This document shows positions 15,851 to 25,043 of a stretch of 64,000 nt of DNA, one piece after another; position 1 is the first letter of the stretch; each line of letters starts with the position of its first letter. The stretch spans positions 283,505 through 347,504 of IMG/VR virus record IMGVR_UViG_3300020202_000061; one strand, 5' to 3'. The notes under the pieces were generated by a model. The model was given only the letters and a program-made list of their open reading frames with translations. It was not told the origin of the DNA and did no database searches. The position numbers were made by a program, and so were the translations under genes.

Positions 15851-16282
15851 ATGACTAGAGAACCCGTATTCTCGTTGACCCGAAAGGATTTTCGCCTGGA
15901 ATGGTTTAGTGGCACCGGACCGGGCGGTCAAAACCGCAACAAGGTTCAGGCGTGTTGCCGAATCACCCATATCGCCACGGGTATCCAGGCGACCTGCCAG
16001 GAACACCGTGAACGCTCCAAAAACCAAAAAGCCGCGTTCAAGGTCCTGGTTGAGCGTCTGATGCCGTGGATCGAGGAACAGGTCAACGGGAAACGTCCCG
16101 ATTATAACCCCCAGACCGATACGATTCGCACCTATCACGTCGCGGATAATCGTGTGAAGGATCACGATTCGGGTTATCGTCAGACCTGGGATGAGGTCGA
16201 ACGCGATCTATCCAAGATGATTGAGGCTCGCCTTCAACAAAAAGTCCGCACCGAACTTGAAAAACAACAGGACGAATCCTAA
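15851..16282 (+). CDS. Peptide chain release factor-like protein (RF-1 GGQ domain; ArfB/PrfH-like)
   Basis: GTGPGGQNRNKV..CCRITH; RSKNQKAA; IRTYH..NRVKDH. Confidence 0.85.
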   Translation: MTREPVFSLTRKDFRLEWFSGTGPGGQNRNKVQACCRITHIATGIQATCQEHRERSKNQKAAFKVLVERLMPWIEEQVNGKRPDYNPQTDTIRTYHVADNRVKDHDSGYRQTWDEVERDLSKMIEARLQQKVRTELEKQQDES

Positions 16283-16312
16283 TATTCATGGGGATACGTG
16301 AGGTGGGGAAAC

Positions 16313-16645
16313 ATGAAGCTGACTCGTCGAGGCACCCGAGCGGGGACCAAGCCGGAAACTGAAAGGCCGGAAGAGCCTACGGTTTCGGTTCACAAGCATG
16401 CGTCGATGACACTGTCGATTCCGGGCGAGCAGATCGTCAACCTCCTCAAGGAGGTCCTTCTCGAACACCTTCCCGAAGGTGTGATGCCACCTGTCGCTCT
16501 TAGCGATGTGAACCTGGAATTCCATATCGAGGATTCCGAGGGGAATCAGACCTGCGGCACCCTGGATACGTTGGAGTTCTCCTACCACATCTACGAGAAC
16601 ACCAAGGGTGAGGTCGTGTTCAAGTTTCCGTTGGTGAAGAAATGA
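16313..16645 (+). CDS. Hypothetical protein
   Basis: GAGGTGGGG RBS. Confidence 0.55.
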   Translation: MKLTRRGTRAGTKPETERPEEPTVSVHKHASMTLSIPGEQIVNLLKEVLLEHLPEGVMPPVALSDVNLEFHIEDSEGNQTCGTLDTLEFSYHIYENTKGEVVFKFPLVKK

Positions 16646-16860
16646 CCTTCACCGTCACACTGATTGATTTATGGTGGGTTCTGCCCACGTTGGTGACCCT
16701 GATCTCTTGGGGTGTAGCCATTTGGTTCTATAACGACGAAATGAAGGGAGCCCGTTTTACTCTCCCCTGGTTCGTCAATCCAATCTTTTGGTTCGGTGCT
16801 CTTATTGCCTCGGTCCTGAGCCTGGGTTCGTGGATCATTTATCTCCTGGTGCATTCATGA
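16642..16860 (+). CDS. Small membrane protein (paralog 1)
   Basis: W..PT..T...W / S...WIIY pattern. Confidence 0.6.
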   Translation: MTFTVTLIDLWWVLPTLVTLISWGVAIWFYNDEMKGARFTLPWFVNPIFWFGALIASVLSLGSWIIYLLVHS

Positions 16861-17063
16861 CGAATACTCCCGCGATCCTCGATTATGTTTGGGTGATTCC
16901 CACCCTGATCACCATCAGCATGTGGGCCTGGGTTATTTTGACTCCGGCCGAAGAAACGAAGAGCGATGTGATGTGGCTTCCCGATCCTATGCCGTTGGTT
17001 CGTGGTGCAGTCGCAGCAATCGTCAGTCTCGCGGTATGGCTGATCTACTTCATCATTTTCTGA
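16857..17063 (+). CDS. Small membrane protein (paralog 2)
   Basis: WVIPTLIT / SLAVWLIY. Confidence 0.6.
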   Translation: MTNTPAILDYVWVIPTLITISMWAWVILTPAEETKSDVMWLPDPMPLVRGAVAAIVSLAVWLIYFIIF

Positions 17064-17239
17064 TGTCATCCATTGTATTCCCGATTGTTCTGACCGTGCT
17101 CCTCTGGCTTTGGGCCTGGACACAACCCCGATTGGACATGCAGTCACTCGTCTCCATGGTGATAGCAATCAACGGGACCATTGGTATCTGGGTGATCTAT
17201 TTCGTCACCCTCGGCATTTACCATCTGAGCATTACATGA
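17063..17239 (+). CDS. Small membrane protein (paralog 3)
   Basis: FPIVLT..LW / IWVIY. Confidence 0.55.
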   Translation: MSSIVFPIVLTVLLWLWAWTQPRLDMQSLVSMVIAINGTIGIWVIYFVTLGIYHLSIT

Positions 17240-17475
17240 ACCACATCTTCAACATGAATGATGTATTTCGGGTCGCTCGGGCCTGGGCCGATATGGATGG
17301 AAAACTCCAAGAATTCGATACTGAACGCGACCGGTTCCATGCGGAATTCGTGGATTTTCTAACCGATGATCTTCAAATGCCGGTCTATGATGAGTACACC
17401 GATAAGGCTCAGGAATTGCTGGAAAAAGCCTACGGTCCCGAATCCATTCGGTTGATCGAAGTGATCATGCACTAA
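17236..17475 (+). CDS. Hypothetical protein
   Basis: ATGA overlap. Confidence 0.55.
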   Translation: MNHIFNMNDVFRVARAWADMDGKLQEFDTERDRFHAEFVDFLTDDLQMPVYDEYTDKAQELLEKAYGPESIRLIEVIMH

Positions 17476-17478
17476 TCC

Positions 17479-17507
17479 TTGACATTTCCTGGAGTTTCCA
17501 GTATAAA
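17479..17507 (+). promoter_or_regulatory. sigma70-type promoter
   Basis: TTGACA-N17-TATAAA. Confidence 0.75.
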
Positions 17508-17529
17508 TGGGGTTCAGATAGGAGCCCCG

Positions 17530-17718
17530 ATGAAGACCACGGACATTGAAAGCCTGACCAACTCTGTGCTCCAGGCTATCGAGAAGGAGTTCCGAAAGAA
17601 CGACATGGGTGGTGCTTTCCACCGCCAGTCGGCGATACTCCGGACGATGATCCGTGCCAATGTCTCCATCGTCGTGGCCGACCACAAGGCCCATACCCGG
17701 AAACAGGTGAAGAAATGA
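17530..17718 (+). CDS. Hypothetical protein
   Basis: AGGAG RBS. Confidence 0.6.
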   Translation: MKTTDIESLTNSVLQAIEKEFRKNDMGGAFHRQSAILRTMIRANVSIVVADHKAHTRKQVKK

Positions 17719-17954
17719 GCGGCGAGAACCGCGTAGCCCTGCTCCGGGCGGTCGGCGGCGATCCCAGCGCCGTTGTGGTGCGGACACCCGAGGCGGCGCT
17801 CCAGGTCCTACTCCGGGCCAAGGTCACCGTGACGTTCGGGAGCGAGTCCATCACGACCACGGCCGGTGACGAAGTGTTTTACGACCAGTTCGGTTGGGAT
17901 GTCACGTCGGCGCTGGAAGCGCTGGCCCAACAGGTGGCCAATCGGAGGACCTAG
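17715..17954 (+). CDS. Hypothetical protein
   Basis: ATGA overlap. Confidence 0.55.
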   Translation: MSGENRVALLRAVGGDPSAVVVRTPEAALQVLLRAKVTVTFGSESITTTAGDEVFYDQFGWDVTSALEALAQQVANRRT

Positions 17955-17955
17955 G

Positions 17956-18126
17956 ATGACACCGGTTCGTGAACTGCAACAGCAGTGTCGGCTGTTCCAC
18001 GCCGATATGGAGCAGCGCAAGGCTGAGGTTTGCCGCGAGCGCCGCACCATGACGGTCGGCGTGTTCATCATCACGGCGCTCCTGCTCGGGGCGTTCGGGG
18101 CCAAACTACTGACGGGGTTATTCTGA
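17956..18126 (+). CDS. Small C-terminally anchored membrane protein
   Basis: GGAGG RBS; C-terminal TM. Confidence 0.55.
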   Translation: MTPVRELQQQCRLFHADMEQRKAEVCRERRTMTVGVFIITALLLGAFGAKLLTGLF

Positions 18127-18644
18127 TGCTTGGTCTGTTCTATCCCACTGCGTTGGCGAATCTCTTCCGGGGTTCCACCTTGGACCCGGACCTGCCCGCG
18201 CCGAAACCCGTCCCGAGTCCGCAGCCACTGACCTATGAACGGGCGGAACCCGCCGTGACCTACGCTCGCCACAGCTTCAAGCCGAAGAGCCTGGAGCAGC
18301 ATCGCGAGGAATTTCGCACAGCGTTTCAAACCGTTCTGACCCGCGTGGAGTCGGAACTGCGCTCACACCCCCACGAGCAGCCCAACCAGATCATGGTGAT
18401 TCCCGGTGTCCCGGCGCGGCTCAAGGGATCGAGTCGCAAGACCAGCACGCCGGTCGGGGTTCTTCGGGATTTCCGCCACGGTCCGACCGACATGGTCCAA
18501 TTCACCCGCACCATCAATGGGGTGGAGAAGATCGTCTCGGTTCCACTGGAACGCCTGGATCAGGCCCAGGCGAAGCTGGTCGCACACATTGCGCGGCTTG
18601 CACCAACACCGGTCGCCGAACCCCTTCCCATCGCAGCGGAGTAG
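18126..18644 (+). CDS. Hypothetical protein
   Basis: TGATG coupling. Confidence 0.6.
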   Translation: MLGLFYPTALANLFRGSTLDPDLPAPKPVPSPQPLTYERAEPAVTYARHSFKPKSLEQHREEFRTAFQTVLTRVESELRSHPHEQPNQIMVIPGVPARLKGSSRKTSTPVGVLRDFRHGPTDMVQFTRTINGVEKIVSVPLERLDQAQAKLVAHIARLAPTPVAEPLPIAAE

Positions 18645-18647
18645 ACC

Positions 18648-19028
18648 ATGAGCGGGATCACCATCAGCGTCGAGTTGACCCCGTACAAGGTCAATCAGAC
18701 CAAGAAGTTCATCAAGAAGCGGTTCGGTCTGATCGCCACGGATGAACTCCTCACGGCGTTCCTCCAACAGCATCCGGATTTGGCCGTGGTCATTCATGAG
18801 TCGATTGATCCCACGCGTATGGACACGTACGACCGTGACAATTTCGTGGATGGGCTGACCCAGCATATCCTCGGTAAGGGTCGGTATTGGCCGTCCAACT
18901 CCGACATCTTCAAAGGCGTCGATCCGAAGGATTTCATCCAGGAAATCTTCGTCATGGGCGAGGCCAAAGGCTGGAAGGTCGCCAAGTTGAAGGTGAAGAA
19001 GAAGGTCAAGAAAAAGGCGAAGAAGTGA
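18648..19028 (+). CDS. Hypothetical protein with Lys-rich tail
   Basis: GGAG RBS. Confidence 0.6.
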   Translation: MSGITISVELTPYKVNQTKKFIKKRFGLIATDELLTAFLQQHPDLAVVIHESIDPTRMDTYDRDNFVDGLTQHILGKGRYWPSNSDIFKGVDPKDFIQEIFVMGEAKGWKVAKLKVKKKVKKKAKK

Positions 19029-19318
19029 GCGAGGACAAGCACGAACACGGCAACGTTCACTTTGCCTGGGCTCTAGGTGGGACGGGCGAGCGCGTGCACT
19101 ACCGACTGGAGAGTGAAGGACGCAAGGGGCCTATCCGTGAACTCACTCTCCAGCAGGCCGAATCCTTTATGTTGAATCCGGACCGGGATTACACCCCGAA
19201 GGATGGTGTGCTGAACCTAGAGAAATGGGTCGCCGCGAAGAAACTCCTGACCGAGACCATGTTCAAGCTGGAAAAGACCAAGCCCGGCACCATTGTCAGA
19301 CCCGCCGCAAATCCCTAG
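19025..19318 (+). CDS. Hypothetical protein
   Basis: GTGA overlap. Confidence 0.5.
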   Translation: MSEDKHEHGNVHFAWALGGTGERVHYRLESEGRKGPIRELTLQQAESFMLNPDRDYTPKDGVLNLEKWVAAKKLLTETMFKLEKTKPGTIVRPAANP

Positions 19319-19327
19319 ATTATCCCT

Positions 19328-20275
19328 ATGAATTTGGATAGGGCCGTTATCGCACTCCAGAAGGCCACGGGGTGGCCGGACATTTTCAGGACCAGATATG
19401 ACGAGGTCTGCTTGCGTTTCAATATGCATCAGGCCATGTCGATCACGGGCCTGGAAATCCGCAATTTTCCCGAGCGTATGAATTACTACTTGAATTTCCC
19501 CGGTTTGGAGGAGATTCCGTTGAGTTTCCTCGTCATGGAAGTGCCGACCAATAACAGCACGGTTCTGCATCGCACCCTGGCCGGACAATTCCACTCCTAC
19601 CAGGGATTGCCATCGAAGGTTGTGATGAGCCCAATGGTGGACCCCACTGGCGTGTCCAAATATCTCACCATGCAGGAATGGCACTGGAACGGGGTGCTCC
19701 ACAACACCGAGGGGCCAGCCAGAATCACCTATCAGGGTTATCATTGTGACGAAACCCACCCGACCACACTAGACCCGATCAAGCCCTCGCAGGTGGTTCA
19801 GTTTTGGGATTCTGCGATTCTTGGTTGGTTCATCAACGGCACGAGAAAGGTGTGGCCGTTCCCGGCCACGGTTCAGCTAGAGGCGGGATGGTCCCTGCGC
19901 GAACGCGAGTCACCCTACTCGATGATCCGCCAAGAAGGGGTGAGATCGTACTGGTGCCAGTCCGGCATGTTTCTGTTCCAGCGCGATCCCGACGACAAGG
20001 ACACCAACACGGAATTCCTGGTCTCCAAGTTGCTCATCCATCAGCACCAGGAGGAGATCGAGCAGGGCCGAATGATTCGCACTGGTCCCTGCATGTTCGA
20101 GTGGAACTTCAACGGGACCAACTACAGCGGAATCGAGAAGGAAGAAGCCTGCGTGAGGATGATGCGCTGGTTCGAGCAGGACATGCTCTCGCGTATCGAT
20201 CCGTGGGGTCCGTTCTTCCAATCCCAACAGGACAAAATGATCCTGCTATCGAAGATCAAGGAGTTCGGATTTTGA
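19328..20275 (+). CDS. 'LHRxDGPA'-motif protein 1
   Basis: WHWNGVLHNTEGPARI. Confidence 0.6.
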   Translation: MNLDRAVIALQKATGWPDIFRTRYDEVCLRFNMHQAMSITGLEIRNFPERMNYYLNFPGLEEIPLSFLVMEVPTNNSTVLHRTLAGQFHSYQGLPSKVVMSPMVDPTGVSKYLTMQEWHWNGVLHNTEGPARITYQGYHCDETHPTTLDPIKPSQVVQFWDSAILGWFINGTRKVWPFPATVQLEAGWSLRERESPYSMIRQEGVRSYWCQSGMFLFQRDPDDKDTNTEFLVSKLLIHQHQEEIEQGRMIRTGPCMFEWNFNGTNYSGIEKEEACVRMMRWFEQDMLSRIDPWGPFFQSQQDKMILLSKIKEFGF

Positions 20276-21066
20276 TCAAGAACTGGACGGACTTCGCGTC
20301 CTGCTATCCTCTAATGAAGGCTCTGGTCGATCTCATGCCGGGTGGGGAGAAGATCGCGGAAATGAGCTACGAGCCCATCCAGAACGATACCTCGTTCCGA
20401 GTAGATCGGCACTCCTATCTGGATGCGGAAAAGCTTCCAGAGGAACTCCGCAAATACGCACCCAAGCAGGTGTTCTGGTGGAGGGACGGCCTTCGTCATC
20501 GAGCCCATGCACGACACGAGACGTTCCACGGCTCTGTGCTGCTCGCCTACGGCAACATCGCGATTGAACCGGCTCCACATCGGTCCTGGAGCACAGGCTC
20601 TTCCTGGGCCGCCAATTCGCCCATATTCAGCTACCCTCGTAGTCAGCCTTCATGGAAGGATGTTCCGGACGATTACCTGCATCGCGAAGATGGGTTTCCG
20701 GCACTAATCGGACTATTTGGGTATCATGGCAAGTTCAACCCCCTGACCCAACTCCCCTATGGGGATGTGCGCAAGCGCACGATCACCTGCACCCATCTGA
20801 CCGGTTCCTGGTGCCGCCACGGTCGTCCCTATCGCGCATTTGGACCCTGTGGTATGATCATCCACTCCTACCGGGAATTCTGGGAGGACGGTAAGCGATC
20901 CAATTGCAGGCATTCCAGCGTGGACACGTATTGGCGTCCGACTCCGGAGAAGGACCTGGACGAGTTCAAAGCGTTCCGGGCTCGAATCCGAAAGACCGAT
21001 CCCTACCAGAACATTTATTTCCTGGATTCGGTGAATCGCACGGAGTACGTGACCAGATTTGCTTGA
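20272..21066 (+). CDS. 'LHRxDGPA'-motif protein 2
   Basis: WWRDGLRHR; YLHREDGFPAL; start inferred at TTG 20272 (alternative ATG 20314). Confidence 0.55.
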   Translation: MIKNWTDFASCYPLMKALVDLMPGGEKIAEMSYEPIQNDTSFRVDRHSYLDAEKLPEELRKYAPKQVFWWRDGLRHRAHARHETFHGSVLLAYGNIAIEPAPHRSWSTGSSWAANSPIFSYPRSQPSWKDVPDDYLHREDGFPALIGLFGYHGKFNPLTQLPYGDVRKRTITCTHLTGSWCRHGRPYRAFGPCGMIIHSYREFWEDGKRSNCRHSSVDTYWRPTPEKDLDEFKAFRARIRKTDPYQNIYFLDSVNRTEYVTRFA

Positions 21067-21091
21067 CAAAACTCAGTGAAATCCTTAAGAT
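21063..21091 (+). promoter_or_regulatory. sigma70-type promoter (leaderless)
   Basis: TTGACA-N17-TAAGAT, ATG 21098 after 6 nt. Confidence 0.75.
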
Positions 21092-21097
21092 ATTAGG

Positions 21098-21997
21098 ATG
21101 TTCACGAGCATTCTCGACTATATCCGTTCGGACCTCTACCACACGCTGGCGTACCGGCACCCGCGCAGTCAGGTCCGGCATGATCCGCTCGCTCTGTTCC
21201 AGAGTATCGATGGTGTGAGCCTCGGCAAGCACTTCTGGGGTGATCGCGAGATCGAGACGAACCTTGCCAAGACCAAGCCGGGTTCGTTCACCACGTTCGA
21301 TCATTTCTGGTTCATTCCGGATCGCGCCAACTACCAGAACTACATCCTCGGCCTCGCCCAGAACGAGATCGAAATCGCCGCTGATGATATCCCCGATCTG
21401 ATCGGGTTCGAAAGCGAATTTGGTTGTCGTCAGCATCAGATCGACGGGCTCATCAATACCCAACTGGATGGTTCTCCCTCGGTGGAAATGCACAACCTCT
21501 ACCTCTACTGGGGCTATTGGGATGGGGAGATCGATCACAAAGAGAAGCGTCGGAAGAAATTCGTCTGCCACCGTGAGAATGGCCCGGCTCGGGTCTATAT
21601 GAGCAAGCTCAAGAAGTGGCACAAGGATGGCAAACGGTATCGGGTCGGGAGTCAATCCACGATCACCTGCGACCGGTTCCATGCCTTGTGGATGCACAAG
21701 GGTGAACTGATCGAGGGGCAACACCAGGAACGGCCCCAATCCGTGTGTGTGACCGACTTTCGAGAATGGGAAAGCGTGAAGTCGAAGAAGAGAGGGCTTG
21801 AGGTTCAACAGACCGCCAAGATCGATTACATCTGGCGGATGAACCAACGGACCTATCACACGAAGGTTCTCGAACCGATCTACAAAGAACTATCCCGCCG
21901 GGGATTGGATTTCAACCTGCTCGCCACGGGTTCGGTCTACGGATCATCTGTCGCTCGCATGGCGTTCTATTCGGAGTTGTCCAAGCATGTCGGGTAG
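21098..21997 (+). CDS. 'LHRxDGPA'-motif protein 3
   Basis: CHRENGPARV..WHKDGKRYR. Confidence 0.6.
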   Translation: MFTSILDYIRSDLYHTLAYRHPRSQVRHDPLALFQSIDGVSLGKHFWGDREIETNLAKTKPGSFTTFDHFWFIPDRANYQNYILGLAQNEIEIAADDIPDLIGFESEFGCRQHQIDGLINTQLDGSPSVEMHNLYLYWGYWDGEIDHKEKRRKKFVCHRENGPARVYMSKLKKWHKDGKRYRVGSQSTITCDRFHALWMHKGELIEGQHQERPQSVCVTDFREWESVKSKKRGLEVQQTAKIDYIWRMNQRTYHTKVLEPIYKELSRRGLDFNLLATGSVYGSSVARMAFYSELSKHVG

Positions 21998-22856
21998 TAT
22001 CGTAGAGTATCTGGCCCAGGCCGACATCTACTACTTGTTGTTCCACGAGGCGGCCTCGCGTGGTCAATCCGTGCCTTTGGGCAAGACCTTTCCGATCTAC
22101 TCGGTGAAGGTCAGTAAGGGTAAGGTGGCGGATTTCGACTACACCGATTTCATGGGAATCGAACGGGCAGACTTCAATCCAACTCTGGCCTCGTTGGTTC
22201 CGGAGCATGATCTACCCGACCTCATCCTGGTGCAGAGCCGTCCGGAGTACCACTTCAACAAGGACGGACTCCTGCACGGTCCTCATGGTGGTGGACAGAG
22301 CAATCCCTCGCTCAAGATTCGCAGCATGATCCTGTTGTGGGGCTCGATTTCCTCCGCAATCACCGGAACAATGGAACGGATCAACAAGGCCAAACCCAGA
22401 GGAACCGAAACCACACCAAACCGCTACATTCAGGTACGCCGAGTTAATGCTCCGGCTATCGTTCGTATGGATCACGTCCGATTCTGGCACAATTGTGCTG
22501 AGGTCCAGTGGATCAACTGCGGCAAACTCATGTGCCATTGGGTCCACAAGGAACGACTCCTCCGAGACAACGGTGGTCCCCACACGACTCTACTGGAGGA
22601 GATCAGGATTCTCCCTCAGAACGAAGGGGAGGGATTGGTCCTCAACGATCACACCGTTACCATTGACGTTGTCGATCATACCTGGAACACCATGGGTGGC
22701 AAAAACATCGCTCAAAAAACAGTGCAGCGGGTTCTCGACGCCAAAAACATCCGCTATGAAGAGTTCTCAAAGGACCAATTCTTCAAAAGCCAACAGGAGT
22801 TCATGATCTTCCTCCAAGGCATGCAGGACGAACTCGCTCGGGATCGAATCGTATAA
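21987..22856 (+). CDS. 'LHRxDGPA'-motif protein 4
   Basis: FNKDGLLHG; RRVNAPAIV; LLRDNGGP. Confidence 0.55.
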   Translation: MSGSIVEYLAQADIYYLLFHEAASRGQSVPLGKTFPIYSVKVSKGKVADFDYTDFMGIERADFNPTLASLVPEHDLPDLILVQSRPEYHFNKDGLLHGPHGGGQSNPSLKIRSMILLWGSISSAITGTMERINKAKPRGTETTPNRYIQVRRVNAPAIVRMDHVRFWHNCAEVQWINCGKLMCHWVHKERLLRDNGGPHTTLLEEIRILPQNEGEGLVLNDHTVTIDVVDHTWNTMGGKNIAQKTVQRVLDAKNIRYEEFSKDQFFKSQQEFMIFLQGMQDELARDRIV

Positions 22857-23446
22857 TGACGAATTCACATCCCGCTCATGACCTGGATTGGTACGTCTGC
22901 AATCTCAAAGGTCTCCAGACCGAGGTCTATGCCGGAATCAAATGCACGTCCAACGCGAACCTCGATATAAAAACGAACAACCCCGAAAGGGGGAGTGTGG
23001 CAGAGATTACCTACCGCGATCTGATCCTACACTTCTACCGTGAGAACGAACACATCAAGGCGATCCTCCGTGGTGGCCGACATCGCTTCGAGCATGGCCA
23101 ACTCCATGATGGGGTCCGACCGGCTGTAGAAATCGAATACATCGAACTGGTCTGGCAGAACGAGTTGGGCGAAAAGTTCCGCAAATTCGGTCCGGTCAGT
23201 GTAAGCATTTGGGATTATCGCGCCAATTGGTCCAACGGCACTTTTCTGATGGACCAATCCTCCATGGTGAAGGAACAGTTCCTCAACTATGATAATCGTG
23301 AAATTTTTCACGAAGCAGTAGATGCCTGGAAGAAACAGAGTAAGATCAAGGCGGATCATTTCTCGTTCGACTACATCACGGACGGTATCCACAAACTGTC
23401 TATAAGCGCGGAACTCTTCAGGTCGCAAGATACCATTAGCAAATAA
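22856..23446 (+). CDS. 'LHRxDGPA'-motif protein 5
   Basis: FEHGQLHDGVRPAVE; FRKFGPV. Confidence 0.5.
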   Translation: MTNSHPAHDLDWYVCNLKGLQTEVYAGIKCTSNANLDIKTNNPERGSVAEITYRDLILHFYRENEHIKAILRGGRHRFEHGQLHDGVRPAVEIEYIELVWQNELGEKFRKFGPVSVSIWDYRANWSNGTFLMDQSSMVKEQFLNYDNREIFHEAVDAWKKQSKIKADHFSFDYITDGIHKLSISAELFRSQDTISK

Positions 23447-23471
23447 ATACGGGGGAACAGGAGAATCCCCC

Positions 23472-24098
23472 ATGGTATTGAGCGCAACATCCGCAGCCAC
23501 CCTTACTCAAAACGTCATCAACGTCCAGGAGAACCGTCTCCTCGTGGACGAGATCGGTGGTGCCGAGTCTGCCATCCGCAACGCTGCGCGGCGTCAGCAT
23601 TATAAGGTTGCTTACAACGCGACGAAAATCGGCAATCCGCCACTGGATGATCTCGATCAGGGTCTGACGGTGGTTCAGGAGGAGTTCTACGACGCCTTCA
23701 AGAATGCCGGATACATTGTGCGGCGCGACGAAGATTCTGGATATTGGCTCCTACGGTGGGCCGTGTCCGGGGCTGAGGAACTGGTGCGGCTCTATTCGGT
23801 GCGTACGATTGTGTCGCCCGGCACCAACGAGTCTCAGACGCTCACCGCAATCGACGCGTTCTTCACCACCCAGATTGCCCCGAAAGCGACCGTACGCTCA
23901 CTCTTGGTCAATCCGATGGGATCGGGTGGAAACATCGACGAGACCCAGTTCGGGGCGACCGCGAGCACCTTCTACGAGTACGTGGCTATTGTCCAGCAAG
24001 GTACCGATCTGGACCATGCTGCGGCCCTGAAGTCTTACTTGGTGAATTCGGCGATTGGGTTTGCCACGAACAATGTGGCCGTCTACAAGATCGCTTAA
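23472..24098 (+). CDS. Late (possibly virion) protein
   Basis: TAAATA at 23444 and AGGAG RBS. Confidence 0.6.
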   Translation: MVLSATSAATLTQNVINVQENRLLVDEIGGAESAIRNAARRQHYKVAYNATKIGNPPLDDLDQGLTVVQEEFYDAFKNAGYIVRRDEDSGYWLLRWAVSGAEELVRLYSVRTIVSPGTNESQTLTAIDAFFTTQIAPKATVRSLLVNPMGSGGNIDETQFGATASTFYEYVAIVQQGTDLDHAAALKSYLVNSAIGFATNNVAVYKIA

Positions 24099-24511
24099 CG
24101 CTTCAGATTGAATTTTTCGCGAACGTCGTTAGCGAGCCTTGCCAGTTTTTCCTTGATCGTCTTGGGGTCGCCTTCGGACTCAACGATGATCTTGGCCTTG
24201 GCCAAGTATTCTACCGTGGCCTGAGCACCTAACTGGCATATCTTGGCGATGTCGTAGAAGTTCACCGCGATCAATGAGGCTTCCCGACCCAAGTGCACGG
24301 GGGTTTCCGGATAAGCGCTGAGGAAATCTCGATTCACACAGTTCTTGGAGAAATCCTCCGGGACCTCAACCATTTGATACTTGTACTCGGTGACTAAGAC
24401 CTTCTTGGTCCCGGCGCAACCCGTGGCCAGAAATAGAACAGTGATGATCAACAACATCCAAAGCAAAATCTTGAATGCTCTCTTCGAGTTGTAAGGAGAA
24501 ACTTTGATCAT
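24095..24511 (-). CDS. Outer-membrane lipoprotein, putative o-spanin
   Basis: Signal peptide with lipobox LATG-C; follows TM/coiled-coil gene. Confidence 0.65.
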   Translation of the reverse strand: MIKVSPYNSKRAFKILLWMLLIITVLFLATGCAGTKKVLVTEYKYQMVEVPEDFSKNCVNRDFLSAYPETPVHLGREASLIAVNFYDIAKICQLGAQATVEYLAKAKIIVESEGDPKTIKEKLARLANDVREKFNLKR

Positions 24512-24978
24512 GGCTGAACCTCCGGCTTCAATTCGGGCTGTAGGGTCGGTACCGGGGCTGGCGTCACCGGAATGTTGAGTTCGAGTTTGCGGATGTCCTC
24601 CAGAGTCTTCTGCAAGACTTCGGGAATCTCACCATCCTTCAGTTGACCCTCTTTGATCTGCTCAGTCAGATTACGGACGTTGCGGAGGAGCTTCTCCTGC
24701 TTCTGCATGAAATCCTGGATCGCCTGCTCACGCGCCTGCATGACCTCTTCCATCGTCTCCAGATGCTCCTGCTGCTGTTTCAGATGGTTTTCGACCTGCT
24801 CCTGAAATACCTTGTTCACAGCTTCGGTTTCGATAGACTTCTTCCACCACATATATCCGAGGAACAAACCTAGGGCGACGACGCCAACCAGAAGGAGCTT
24901 TCCACCAATTCCCTTCAGGAATCCGAAGAACGGAAACATCGCAAGTAATTTGGCACCCAAAAAGGCAAACGGGAGCAT
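24508..24978 (-). CDS. Putative i-spanin
   Basis: N-terminal TM, long coiled-coil, Pro-rich tail; TAAATA at 25013-25008. Confidence 0.65.
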   Translation of the reverse strand: MLPFAFLGAKLLAMFPFFGFLKGIGGKLLLVGVVALGLFLGYMWWKKSIETEAVNKVFQEQVENHLKQQQEHLETMEEVMQAREQAIQDFMQKQEKLLRNVRNLTEQIKEGQLKDGEIPEVLQKTLEDIRKLELNIPVTPAPVPTLQPELKPEVQP

Positions 24979-25043
24979 GGTTGAAAATCCTCAATCGTAT
25001 ACTCATTTATTTAGGGGAACCCGAGGATTTCATAAATATTAAC

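Noticed and set aside
19804-20271. N-terminal extension of the 420-aa ORF overlapping 19328-20275
   Set aside because: It overlaps a better gene in another frame; the true start is likely 20272 or 20314.
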